DNA of 64,000 bases from an uncultured Methanosarcinales archaeon (GTDB taxonomy: Archaea; Nanobdellota; Nanobdellia; Woesearchaeales; JAGVZT01), in NCBI GenBank assembly GCA_964419615.1, contig CAYQPU010000002.1, positions 9,778 through 73,777 on the forward strand. The letters run 5' to 3'. Below are positions 9,297 through 17,887 of this stretch, piece after piece. Numbering within the stretch: position 1 is the stretch's first letter; every line of letters begins with the position of its first letter. The translations under genes and the position numbers were made by a program. The notes below the pieces were generated by a model. That model worked only from the letters and a program-made list of their open reading frames with translations. It was not told the DNA's origin and searched no databases.

Positions 9297-10193
9297 ATGA
9301 CAAATGTTATGGAAATTACCGTAGGATATAAGTGCAATTGTAATTGTAGGTTTTGTTCTGTTGGTCATATGAGAAAAGAATTAACTCTTAGTACAGACCA
9401 AATTAAAAATAAAATTTTGGAAGCAAAAGAAAAAAACATACCAAATATTGGTTTTGGTGGTGGTGAACCAACTATTAGAAAAGATCTTTTTGAGGTCGTA
9501 TCCTTTGCCAAAAAACAGGGATTTAAAGTTATCAGAATCCAAACTAATGGAGTAATGCTTGGTTATGATACTTTTGTTGATAAATTACTCAAAGCAGGAG
9601 CAACATTCTTTAAAATCTCAATCCATGGTCATAATGCAAAGATACATGACCATCTAACTCAATTACCAGGTAGTTTTAATATGGCAATTAAAGGAATAAA
9701 AAACCTTAAAAAAAGAGGTATGTCAGTTGAAATCAATATTGTAATTAACAAATTAAATTACAAGTACCTGCCTCAAATAACTGACTTTTTTATAAAAATG
9801 CAGATTTACAAGTTCTGCTTTATTTATCCTGTTTATGAAGGTAATCTGATTGATAATTTTGGTAAGATTGGCGTAAAGCTAGGTGAAATTTCTCCTTACT
9901 TGACAGATGCTCTGGATAGGGTTAAAGAGCTTGATCTTGACAAAGGAATTTGTCTAAATGTGCCTCCATGTATCCTAAGCCAAGATCCAGATATGCACTA
10001 TGGTTATGTTTACAAGTTTGATACAGTTGTATCAACACCACAAGGAACCAATGACATAGATAATTCAAATAAAGAGAATCTAGTTAAGCCAAAGCAGTGC
10101 AGAAGATGTGTTTTTAATAAAAACTGTATGGGTATATATAAGAGTTACACTAGGTTTTTTGGGATTGATGAGTTTAAACCAGTTCTTAAGTGA
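9297..10193 (+). CDS. Radical SAM protein, MoaA/PqqE-like paralog
   Basis: YKCNCNCRFC, GGGEPTIRKDL, IQTNGVML, and the C-terminal CRRCVFNKNCMGIYKSYTRFFGIDEFKPV. The track ORF starts at a TTG at 9279; the ATG at 9297 is preferred by analogy with the paralog N-termini. Confidence 0.7.
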   Translation: MTNVMEITVGYKCNCNCRFCSVGHMRKELTLSTDQIKNKILEAKEKNIPNIGFGGGEPTIRKDLFEVVSFAKKQGFKVIRIQTNGVMLGYDTFVDKLLKAGATFFKISIHGHNAKIHDHLTQLPGSFNMAIKGIKNLKKRGMSVEINIVINKLNYKYLPQITDFFIKMQIYKFCFIYPVYEGNLIDNFGKIGVKLGEISPYLTDALDRVKELDLDKGICLNVPPCILSQDPDMHYGYVYKFDTVVSTPQGTNDIDNSNKENLVKPKQCRRCVFNKNCMGIYKSYTRFFGIDEFKPVLK

Positions 10194-10199
10194 TTTGCA

Positions 10200-10880
10200 A
10201 ACAAATTAAGTTACTTAAAATGTCCTTGGGTCTAAACTTACAGCTTAGCTGTAAGTCCGGAACGTAGTGACAGGAGCCCCGCCCAATTTCACTTCGCTTT
10301 GCTACGTTCCTGGGTTGCTCTGGCAACCAATCTCACTCTGTTCGTTGCTTTTAGCATAGCTAAAAACTTCAGGGCGAGGACTTTTAATGCAGTCACTCCG
10401 CACATTCGTGCTATGTTCGGCATCCATAAGCTTTCGCTTCTGGAGTCTGAAAACATTCAGCTAAGCTGAATGTCAGGAACGTTAGTGAGATTATTTACAG
10501 CTCTGCTGTAAGTCCGGAATGTAGTGAAGCGAAATGAGATTATCTTTAGCTAAGCTAAAGATAACGAACGCTAGTGAATTTATCTGCGTGTTGAAGTGAG
10601 GAGCGTAAAAGCCCCCACCTCTCAGAAATTGTAAATTTCTGATGATGGTTGCTAGAGCAACCTGGGAACGGTAGTGAGCATGCTCAGAAACTTTTGGTTT
10701 CTGACATGTAGGAAAGCTCTGCTTTCCAGATGATCAGGACGAAAAGTCCTGACATTTAGGTGGGGGATGACTTGGAAAGCTAAGCTTTACAAGCCAGGAA
10801 TGAAGTGAAGCGAAATGAGATTGGCTCCGAACAGCAGATTTTCTTTACATAAGTAAAATGAGTAGAAAAATTTAAATACA
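10200..10880. other. GC-enriched non-coding block of ~11 hairpins; six have AGC-loop-GCU apices and five of those are each followed by a GGAAYG.AGTGA box (possible small-RNA array, origin-like or regulatory region)
   Basis: No ORF in any frame, and local GC is well above the surrounding ~30%. Hairpins: cttacagc-tta-gctgtaag, acattcagc-taa-gctgaatgt, ttacagc-tct-gctgtaa, ttatctttagc-taa-gctaaagataa, ggaaagc-tct-gctttcc, cttggaaagc-taa-gctttacaag. Others: ggttgc-tctg-gcaacc, ggttgc-taga-gcaacc, cagaaat-tgtaa-atttctg, cagaaac-ttttgg-tttctg, caggac-gaaaa-gtcctg. Boxes tccggaacgtagtga, caggaacgttagtga, tccggaatgtagtgaagcgaaatgagatt, cgaacgctagtga and ccaggaatgaagtgaagcgaaatgagatt are present, plus inverted copies ctacgttcctgg. 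Confidence 0.3.
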
Positions 10881-10961
10881 GAAAGACTCCCATTAATCTC
10901 TAAGCTACAAGATGGATTACTAATTAATCAGAAATCAGTAATGTAAAAAATTATAAAAAAA

Positions 10962-11468
10962 GTGTGTGTGAATGTGAAAAACAGATTATGGGTTATATTA
11001 TCAATCTTCAGTTTATTTATGCTTTTGAGTGGATGTAATACAAATGAAGGGGTTAATATGAAGGATTCATTAGACAAACAACAGAAAGTTAGAATTTCGG
11101 ATGTTAGAGACTTAAACGCATATTATGAACCACCAGACGGATTTAGGTTCATTTTTGGCTTAGTTGTTGAAGATCAGGAAGTAGCAAGAAATGGTTTGTT
11201 GAATGTGACCATATCATCAAAAAAAGGTAAGTTGCTGTTAGAGAAATCAATTAACGTAAAATCCAAGGAATTCGGGAAATACACTGTTAATTCAAATAGT
11301 GTGGATAAGGAAATTTTAAGTTATTCTGGTAAGATTCCAATTAGTGAATTCAATGAATCTGAAGTTCCTGAGGGATTGTTTTGTTTAGGTTTTAAGGACT
11401 CAGAAGGAAATCAATTTAATCAAATCTGTTCAAATGTGAAAGGGCTTCCACCTTTCCATAATGATTGA
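10962..11468 (+). CDS. Putative secreted lipoprotein
   Basis: N-terminal signal with a lipobox-like LLSGC (MCVNVKNRLWVILSIFSLFMLLSGCNT). 168 aa; no other recognisable domain. Confidence 0.35.
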   Translation: MCVNVKNRLWVILSIFSLFMLLSGCNTNEGVNMKDSLDKQQKVRISDVRDLNAYYEPPDGFRFIFGLVVEDQEVARNGLLNVTISSKKGKLLLEKSINVKSKEFGKYTVNSNSVDKEILSYSGKIPISEFNESEVPEGLFCLGFKDSEGNQFNQICSNVKGLPPFHND

Positions 11469-11511
11469 CTTATAAGCAAAGCTTAAATACACATTTCTTA
11501 ACTCATTTTAC

Positions 11512-12624
11512 ATGGAATTGATCATTGATATTTTGTCTATAATCTGTGTAATCATTTTAGGGATTATCACAAGCTATGAAGATATTAAAGAGAATAAAAT
11601 AAGAAACAAATGGGTGGGACCTGCAATTCTAATTGCTTTGGTTTTATTCATCGCAAGAATTGCGAGTGTGAAAATCCTTGGACAAGGCCTCGTCTCTGGA
11701 TATATCTGGGAATATCTGTCCAATTTTGTATTGTCTTTTGGAGTAGGTTTTGTTATATGGGAATTAAAACTTTGGAATGCGGCTGATTCAAAGTTAATGC
11801 TTGCCTATGCTGCATTGATCCCTTTCACATTTTATTACTGGGGTTATACAGACAAGTTCCCCAGTTTCACCCTTTTTACCAATACATTTATACCTTACTT
11901 GTTGATTGGTACAACCTACCTAATTATAAAAACAGATAAGAAAACAATATGGGATGTAATTAAACAAAAAGTAATTAGAACACTGCCAAGTTCACTTTCT
12001 ATGATTATAGGTTTCTTATGGATTACTAATAAGTTTACTAGCTTGCTTAATTTTAGTGGGACAGAGAGATTTAATATTGTTATTGTCATAGCTATGATGA
12101 TTATATCTGAAAGATATTTAAAAGTGAAAGTTACCTATCTGGGAATCGGGCTCAGTTTACTAGCAGTAATTCTTGACTTTAACATGTTTGACCTAAAGTT
12201 TTTTCTTAAGATGTTAAAGACCATTTTCTTTTATATTATGTTAAGGTTTTTTATTGTAAGCTTAGGATTCAAATTCTTTACAAAAAGAGTCAGAGTTGCA
12301 GATCTTGAGCCAGGGATGGTTCTTGCAGACAAAATAATAGAGAGTGAAGGCAAGTATAGAGTACAGGAAAGGATTCAGATCAGTATTTCACAAGCTGTTT
12401 TAGAAAAAGTTAAAGCAGATGATGTAATTAAGCCAAATCCTGAGGGACTAAGCAAAGAAGAAATTGAAAAAATCAAAAATTTGCGCAAATCAAAAAAACT
12501 AGACATTTATTCAGTGAATATTGCAAAGATTTATCCTTTTGCTCCGTTTTTGTTTTTAGGAGTAATTCTAACCCTTATTTGTAAAGGAAGTGTACTCACA
12601 AGAATCTATATGTTGTTAACATAA
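11512..12624 (+). CDS. A24-family prepilin/preflagellin peptidase-like polytopic membrane protein with a C-terminal soluble extension
   Basis: N-terminal TM then SYEDIKENKIRNKWVG (first catalytic Asp motif of the PibD/FlaK type). Second motif NAADSKLMLAYAAL (GxxD-KL-like). About 8 TM segments. Confidence 0.45.
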   Translation: MELIIDILSIICVIILGIITSYEDIKENKIRNKWVGPAILIALVLFIARIASVKILGQGLVSGYIWEYLSNFVLSFGVGFVIWELKLWNAADSKLMLAYAALIPFTFYYWGYTDKFPSFTLFTNTFIPYLLIGTTYLIIKTDKKTIWDVIKQKVIRTLPSSLSMIIGFLWITNKFTSLLNFSGTERFNIVIVIAMMIISERYLKVKVTYLGIGLSLLAVILDFNMFDLKFFLKMLKTIFFYIMLRFFIVSLGFKFFTKRVRVADLEPGMVLADKIIESEGKYRVQERIQISISQAVLEKVKADDVIKPNPEGLSKEEIEKIKNLRKSKKLDIYSVNIAKIYPFAPFLFLGVILTLICKGSVLTRIYMLLT

Positions 12625-12679
12625 TTAAACATAAGATATAAAAAGTCAACAGAAAAGTTTAAATAACTACCAACATATC

Positions 12680-13135
12680 TTGAAAATTGGTGAGAGGATG
12701 GATGTAATAAAAACTATTGACAATATCTCAATATATAAAGATAATGTAGTACTTAGTGTGAATGAAAAAATATATCCTCTGGATATAATCTATTCTGCTT
12801 CCTATGTGTTTATGGATCGGGCATATGTTGTGATGGGTGGAGGTGGAGATGATTCAGAGGTTTTGGTGACTCTGAGGCCCAAAAAGAAAGAAAATCTAGA
12901 AGAACTTGGTAGGGATTTTAATAATGAGCTTATTAATTATGCTGTTTACAAAGAACAAAGTGTCAAGAGTAGAGGGATTAAAGAAACAATTGTTCGAAAA
13001 GCACTTGAATCTAATGTCCCAAGTTCAGGCGAATGTTCTGATGATGAATTGGGTGAGGACTCTGATGAGAGCTATAAAGATGATCCTTTAGGCATAGCTG
13101 TTCCATGGGAAGAAAAGGAAGGGAAGAATGAATAA
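12680..13135 (+). CDS. Small acidic protein, paralog of the next gene; candidate HxsD-like accessory protein
   Basis: 151 aa. It shares ...Y..D..YV.....G...VLVTL+PK.K..L+ELG.+F.N.LI... with 13128..13373. ELINYAVYKE loosely resembles the LLNDYxLRE signature I recall for the His-Xaa-Ser system protein HxsD. It lies immediately upstream of the SPASM maturase. Confidence 0.3.
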   Translation: MKIGERMDVIKTIDNISIYKDNVVLSVNEKIYPLDIIYSASYVFMDRAYVVMGGGGDDSEVLVTLRPKKKENLEELGRDFNNELINYAVYKEQSVKSRGIKETIVRKALESNVPSSGECSDDELGEDSDESYKDDPLGIAVPWEEKEGKNE

Positions 13136-13373
13136 TATCACAGTAAAAAAAGGGGTTGTTCGAATATTGGTTGATACCCGGTACTATGGTTTTGGAGCAG
13201 TACTCACAGCTGCAAAGGCATACCTGGATTCCTGTTGGGTCTTTGTTGATGGGGATCTTGAAGATCAGGTTTTGGTTACATTAAAACCTAAAGACAAGAA
13301 AATTGATGTAGATTTGTTAGGATTCGAGTTTTTTAATTTTATGCTGGGGACAATTCAAAATGCCTACACCTAG
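13128..13373 (+). CDS. Small protein, paralog of 12680..13135; candidate HxsD-like
   Basis: 81 aa. VLVTLKPKDKKIDVDLLGFEFFNFMLG aligns with VLVTLRPKKKENLEELGRDFNNELINY of the preceding gene. It overlaps its neighbours by 8 and 14 nt (operonic). Confidence 0.3.
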   Translation: MNNITVKKGVVRILVDTRYYGFGAVLTAAKAYLDSCWVFVDGDLEDQVLVTLKPKDKKIDVDLLGFEFFNFMLGTIQNAYT

Positions 13374-14784
13374 GGCTTTTGATTTTATTGGTAGAACTAA
13401 GAAAATTGGTTCCAAGTATTTTGTTGCAAATATAGATGGTTCTTTTACTATGTTAACTGAAGAGGAGTATAGGAATCTTCTTTTAAAGAATCTTGACAAA
13501 GAGCTTTTTTTGGATTTAGAATCCAAGGGAGTTATTATCACGAGTAAGAATATTGATGTTATTGCTGGGCATTTTAGAAGAAGAAGGCAGGTTGTTTATC
13601 AGGGACCAAATTTACATATAGTCATACCAACTTTGAGGTGCAACCAGGTTTGTCTTTATTGTCATGCAGCCTCAAGAAGAATGGATGCCAAAGATTGTGA
13701 TATGGATAAGGAAACTGCAAAAAAAACTGTAGAATTTATTTTCCAGACTCCCTCCAGACCAATAACAATAGAATTCCAGGGGGGCGAGCCGCTTGTTAAG
13801 TTTGACATTATTAAATATATGCATAAATATGCAAACGAACTAAACAAGAAATATGAAAAAGACATTAGGTTTTCTATTGTTTCAAACCTAACATTGATGG
13901 ATGATAAAAAATTGGATTTTATAACAAAGAACATTATTGGGCTTTGTACAAGCCTGGACGGTCCAAAATACGTGCATGATAAGAACAGAAAGATGATTGG
14001 CGGATCTGGGAGCTATAACCTTGTTACAAATTGGATTCGAACATTTAATCAAGGATACAAGGAAGGCTATGCAAAACTTAATGCACTTGCAACCATCACC
14101 AGGCATTCTTTACCTTACCCAAAAGAAATCATTGATGAATATAAAGATTTAGGTTTGCGCGGAGTTTGGCTTAGGTGGGTGGACCCATTTGGATTTGCTG
14201 GATTTGCGTGGGACAAGATCAGCTATAGTGCTGAAGAATTTCTTGAGTTTTGGAAAAAGGGAGTAGATTATGTGTATGATGAATTAAAGGGATTTAAAGA
14301 GCTATCTTCTCTAATTTTGCTTCGAAAGATTTTTGCAAGATATGAACCCGCTTTTTTGGACATACTTAACCCGTGTGGTGCTGGCATTGGCCAGATGGCA
14401 TATATGCACGATGGCAGTATCTACAGCTGTGATGAGGGCAGAATGTATGGGGGAGACTTCTTTAAATTAGGGAATGTTAACCAATCATTTAGTAAAGTTA
14501 TGAGCTCTCCTAAAATGTGCAGCCTTATTGCGAGTTCTGTTAGTGAAAGCTATTTTTGTGATCATTGTGTATATCAACCTTATTGCGGGGTGTGTCCAGT
14601 CTGGAATTTTGCAGACACTGGCACTGTTGTTCCAAAATTGTCAATGGATCTTAGATGTAAAATATTAACCGGTCAGTTTGACTATTTGATTAATAAATAC
14701 TTCACTAATAAAAAATTCCAAAAAACAGTGGATAAGTTAATCAAATTGGGTGATTCTCAGATAGAAAAGAATCTGTGTATTTAA
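13360..14784 (+). CDS. Radical SAM/SPASM-domain maturase (anSME-like; HxsB/HxsC-like) with a ~95-aa N-terminal extension
   Basis: CNQVCLYCHAAS (CxxxCxxC), FQGGEPLV, and a C-terminal SPASM-type Cys array (CGAGIGQMAYMHDGSIYSCDEG ... CDHCVYQPYCGVCPVWNF). An N-terminal domain precedes the core and could serve as a leader-peptide recognition element. Confidence 0.75.
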   Translation: MPTPRAFDFIGRTKKIGSKYFVANIDGSFTMLTEEEYRNLLLKNLDKELFLDLESKGVIITSKNIDVIAGHFRRRRQVVYQGPNLHIVIPTLRCNQVCLYCHAASRRMDAKDCDMDKETAKKTVEFIFQTPSRPITIEFQGGEPLVKFDIIKYMHKYANELNKKYEKDIRFSIVSNLTLMDDKKLDFITKNIIGLCTSLDGPKYVHDKNRKMIGGSGSYNLVTNWIRTFNQGYKEGYAKLNALATITRHSLPYPKEIIDEYKDLGLRGVWLRWVDPFGFAGFAWDKISYSAEEFLEFWKKGVDYVYDELKGFKELSSLILLRKIFARYEPAFLDILNPCGAGIGQMAYMHDGSIYSCDEGRMYGGDFFKLGNVNQSFSKVMSSPKMCSLIASSVSESYFCDHCVYQPYCGVCPVWNFADTGTVVPKLSMDLRCKILTGQFDYLINKYFTNKKFQKTVDKLIKLGDSQIEKNLCI

Positions 14785-14795
14785 TTTTGCAAAAA

Positions 14796-14804
14796 TTTAT
14801 ATAT
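14796..14804 (+). promoter_or_regulatory. Candidate TATA box (tttatatat) for the precursor gene, with the SD-like ggaaggtga at 14829-14837
   Basis: An AT-rich TATA-like octamer ~40 nt upstream of the ATG at 14841. A purine-rich ribosome-binding site is correctly spaced. Confidence 0.25.
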
Positions 14805-14840
14805 CAATAGAATTCAGATATATTAAAAAGGAAGGTGAGT

Positions 14841-15272
14841 ATGGGAAATAAAATTTTGCCAAGAGTTAAAAAATCCCTCCGAGGTTATCTTATGGGGGAG
14901 GATGGTAAGATTAGTAAGCAATCCATGCTTGTTATTGGAACTTTTTTAGGCGCTGCAGCGCTCTCCACAATCACTATAAGTAAAAGCGTTAGTGCCCAAC
15001 ATGTGTCTCATGGTTCACATTGTTCTCATAGCAGCCACAGTGCCCATAGCAGCCATAGTTCACATAGCAACCACGGAAGTCACAGCAGTCACGGTTCTCA
15101 CGGAAGTCACGGTTCTCATGGATCCCATGGATCCCATGGTAGTCATGGTTCCCATAGTAATCATGGTAGTCATGGAAGCCATGGTTCCCATGGTTCCCAT
15201 GGTTCCCATAGTAATCATGGTAGTCATGGATCTCATTGGAATGGATGCTGGCCGGGAGCTAACGTCATATAG
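14841..15272 (+). CDS. His-Xaa-Ser repeat precursor-like protein (HxsA-like): leader with a hydrophobic segment plus ~30 tandem H-G-S/H-S-S/H-x-S triplets
   Basis: MGNKILPRVKKSLRGYLMGEDGKISKQSMLVIGTFLGAAALSTITISKSVSAQ, then HVSHGSHCSHSSHSAHSSHSSHSNHGSHSSH(GSH)n...HSNHGSHGSHWNGCWPGANVI. The ATG at 14841 with its SD is preferred over the track's GTG at 14835. It sits between two SPASM radical-SAM genes. Confidence 0.6.
   Translation: MGNKILPRVKKSLRGYLMGEDGKISKQSMLVIGTFLGAAALSTITISKSVSAQHVSHGSHCSHSSHSAHSSHSSHSNHGSHSSHGSHGSHGSHGSHGSHGSHGSHSNHGSHGSHGSHGSHGSHSNHGSHGSHWNGCWPGANVI
14995..15235 (+). repeat. Tandem 9-bp coding repeat (tcc cat gga / agt cat ggt variants) encoding the (HGS)n array
   Basis: Direct reading shows tcacggaagtcacggttctcatggatcccatggatcccatggtagtcatggttcccat... 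with near-perfect periodicity of 9 nt. Confidence 0.8.
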
Positions 15273-15300
15273 ATTGTAAAACCATTATTTTTGTATTGAA

Positions 15301-17238
15301 ATGCAAATCAGATTATTTAACATTAAAAAGAAGAAGTTTGAATATATTAATGAAAGAGATATCTCTAATCATCTAAGTGAGTTAGATAAGCTAATTCATA
15401 TTGTAAGCAACCATAGAAATAGATATTATTACTTACCAAAAAAAACCGCAATAATTGAAATCCCAAAAAGTATCTCTTGTTACCAGTCTCATCCTTCAGA
15501 CACAGAATCAGATCTGTTCAAAATTGTTGATAAGGATATAAAAAGAGACCGAGAAAAGCCTCTTTTTAAAGATCTAATTATAAATATGCACTCAAAATGT
15601 AATTTGGATTGTAAGTATTGTTTTGGATTTTCAAAAGATAAAGAGTTAGAGACACCCACTGAAACAATAGTGGCTCTCATTAGCTATCTCTATAAAAAAA
15701 GATATTCTCTGAATAGAATCTATTTCTTGGGATCTGGTGAAACACTACTTGAGTTTAATAGATTTAAAGATATAGTTTCGATACTTAAACAGTATTATCC
15801 AAATGTTCCAATAATAGTTGTTACAAATGGTATTTTATCAAAGCAAAAAATAGACTGGTTGATTAAAAGAAAGATAAATATAAGGTTGAGTTGTGATGGT
15901 CCAGCTTTTATAAATGATGTTTCTAGACCCATAAAAAATAGCACAAAAAAACCATCAGAGACAGTTCATGCTAACCTCCAATACATAGTAAAGAATACAT
16001 CTTTATTTACAATAGCACCAACTATTACAAAATTATCTCAGGGATTTGAATCAAACATACTATACTTTTTTTGGAAATTAGGTGTGAAACTTGATAAGAT
16101 CAGCTGGAACCATGCATCATGCAGAGGAAAAGCAAAGGAACAGCCTACTATCTTAATGAATTATGATGAAATTAACAGATCACAAATTGTGTGGGATGAG
16201 TTGGAAGATATACTTGGAGATTACACTAAAACAAATATGTTTGTTAATATGATGGGAACACCTTTTCTTTGTGGAACCATTAATTTTGGCTGGATCACAA
16301 TTGATGAAAGAGGATGTATTAGTAGCTGTTCAAAGCATGTAAATTCTCTGAATAATTCCTTAATTGAAAAACTTTTAATTGGAAGATATGATTTTGAATC
16401 CAAAAAAATCCTTATTTCAAGTAACTCAATTAAGAATACAAATAATTGGATTATATCTGTAATGGAAAAGACAGATTGTTTTAATTGTGAATATCTTTCA
16501 CTTTGTCGGGGCCCATGCTTCTATGATTCACTTGTGATTGAAGACAATATTGGTGAAGATAACAAAACAAATATCCAGTGTATTAAAAGGAAAAATTATG
16601 TTAATAATATCCTACAATATTTGATTGAGACTCATATGTGGAAGAAATATCCACACCACTTAGTAGAGAATGGAATAGAATACTTTAACTATTCTCATAA
16701 TAAGTTTGAGATTAGAGATCCCAATGACCTCCCAAATAAGTTTCAAAGTGCGATCAAGATTAAGATAGACGTTGAAAATAATTTAGGCAAACAAATAGAT
16801 CACTTAATTAATTTAAGTAATTCTGAAAATTATTGTTTTAGATTTTTTTTACTTGAATTTAAAATAAACTTAACCAATCCGGAACAAATAGCTAAGAAAA
16901 TAAACCACTTTCTTGGAAAATTACAGCAAAATTTTGTGTGTTTCCTTGTATTAAAGCCTCTCCCTTATTGTGTTAGGAGATATATTAAAAAAACTTTTTC
17001 AATACCAAACACTTGTCTTGAATGCAACAAAATGTTTACCGTAAAAGACAACAAAGTAATATTTTGTGATGGATCAGATGGGAAGAAATTTGATAAATAT
17101 GTAGACAGGACGCAGATTTTCAATGACTTTAAGAAAATTAATAAGAACACTAATAATCTCTGCCTAAATTGCATTTACAAGGATAGAAAATTATGTTTTG
17201 GTTATGTTGAAAATATTAATTGTATTGCGAACAATTAA
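15301..17238 (+). CDS. Large radical SAM/SPASM-domain protein (second maturase of the pair; HxsC/HxsB-like) with N- and C-terminal extensions
   Basis: ~100-aa N-terminal domain, then CNLDCKYCFGFS, GSGETLLEF and VVTNG. A SPASM-like CFNCEYLSLCRGPCFYD is followed by a Cys-rich tail (CLECNKMF..FCDGSD..CLNCIYKDRKLCFGY). 645 aa. Confidence 0.65.
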   Translation: MQIRLFNIKKKKFEYINERDISNHLSELDKLIHIVSNHRNRYYYLPKKTAIIEIPKSISCYQSHPSDTESDLFKIVDKDIKRDREKPLFKDLIINMHSKCNLDCKYCFGFSKDKELETPTETIVALISYLYKKRYSLNRIYFLGSGETLLEFNRFKDIVSILKQYYPNVPIIVVTNGILSKQKIDWLIKRKINIRLSCDGPAFINDVSRPIKNSTKKPSETVHANLQYIVKNTSLFTIAPTITKLSQGFESNILYFFWKLGVKLDKISWNHASCRGKAKEQPTILMNYDEINRSQIVWDELEDILGDYTKTNMFVNMMGTPFLCGTINFGWITIDERGCISSCSKHVNSLNNSLIEKLLIGRYDFESKKILISSNSIKNTNNWIISVMEKTDCFNCEYLSLCRGPCFYDSLVIEDNIGEDNKTNIQCIKRKNYVNNILQYLIETHMWKKYPHHLVENGIEYFNYSHNKFEIRDPNDLPNKFQSAIKIKIDVENNLGKQIDHLINLSNSENYCFRFFLLEFKINLTNPEQIAKKINHFLGKLQQNFVCFLVLKPLPYCVRRYIKKTFSIPNTCLECNKMFTVKDNKVIFCDGSDGKKFDKYVDRTQIFNDFKKINKNTNNLCLNCIYKDRKLCFGYVENINCIANN

Positions 17239-17653
17239 CATAAGTTACATATAAACCTAAAACATCATTCTCCTTAGTGTCTATCATATAAGAACCCTTG
17301 TCTGTAGTAATTATTGCTATTTCCTTCTCGTGTATGATTTTATTCAATTGGAGTGCAATGGGTTCTGAAGTATCATTAATTCCTAAAGTTTTATTGTTAA
17401 TTGATATAATTGTTTCACCAACCGAGATAGAAGTATTACCAAATTTACTATAAGTGCTAATGTTGACTATTGTTAACCCACAAACAGGATTATTTGAATA
17501 TGCTTCTTTACTTAAGTTTACCCATAACAAAGTTTCATTCATAGAATCATTAACACTAGAAGAATTGGAAAATACTTGGAAAAATAAGTAAAATACAGCA
17601 ACCACTATTATAAACCACACAATTTTCTTTTTTGAATATTTATCTTTTATCAA
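17216..17653 (-). CDS. Small membrane-anchored extracytoplasmic protein (hypothetical)
   Basis: N-terminal TM (KKIVWFIIVVAVFYLFFQVF), then a Ser/Asn-rich region with several N-x-S/T sequons. No domain recognised. Confidence 0.3.
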   Translation of the reverse strand: MIKDKYSKKKIVWFIIVVAVFYLFFQVFSNSSSVNDSMNETLLWVNLSKEAYSNNPVCGLTIVNISTYSKFGNTSISVGETIISINNKTLGINDTSEPIALQLNKIIHEKEIAIITTDKGSYMIDTKENDVLGLYVTYVNCSQYN

Positions 17654-17887
17654 GATGAATTAATAACCTCTTTGTTATATTTTTAAAACTTTCTATTTTT
17701 ATATCCTATTCAAAAGTAGTTTCCAAATATAAAAAGATTTTTGAAACCAGTTTAGTTAATAACATAAATTAAACAGTTTGTGCATAAGATCTTAATCTTA
17801 TTTAACTGCTTAGCTTGGATTTTCAGAAAAAACTTTATTGATTATCCAAAGAAAAGATTTAAATAACATTATTGAGACTTTCTAAAC

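Noticed and set aside
10200-10880. CRISPR array, rRNA fragment, RNase P RNA or SRP RNA as explanations for the GC-rich hairpin block
   Set aside because: The hairpin units are not identical and lack regularly sized spacers, so this is not CRISPR. The universal RNase P motifs (GGAAAGUCCGGGCUCC, ACAGAANCCGGCUUA) are not found; there is only a partial AAGUCCGG. No SRP or rRNA signatures were seen. It is left as an unclassified structured region.
14841-15272. His-rich protein as a simple Hpn-like cytoplasmic nickel-storage protein
   Set aside because: Not fully excluded. However, it carries a leader with a hydrophobic segment, a strictly periodic His-Gly-Ser array, and a position between two SPASM maturases preceded by HxsD-like genes. 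These fit a modified-peptide precursor better than a storage protein.
14992-15279. 95-aa ORF in an alternative frame overlapping the His-rich gene
   Set aside because: A shadow ORF created by the 9-bp tandem repeat. Its low-complexity M/V/P-rich translation has no start context. The frame encoding the HGS protein has the SD and a coherent N-terminal leader.
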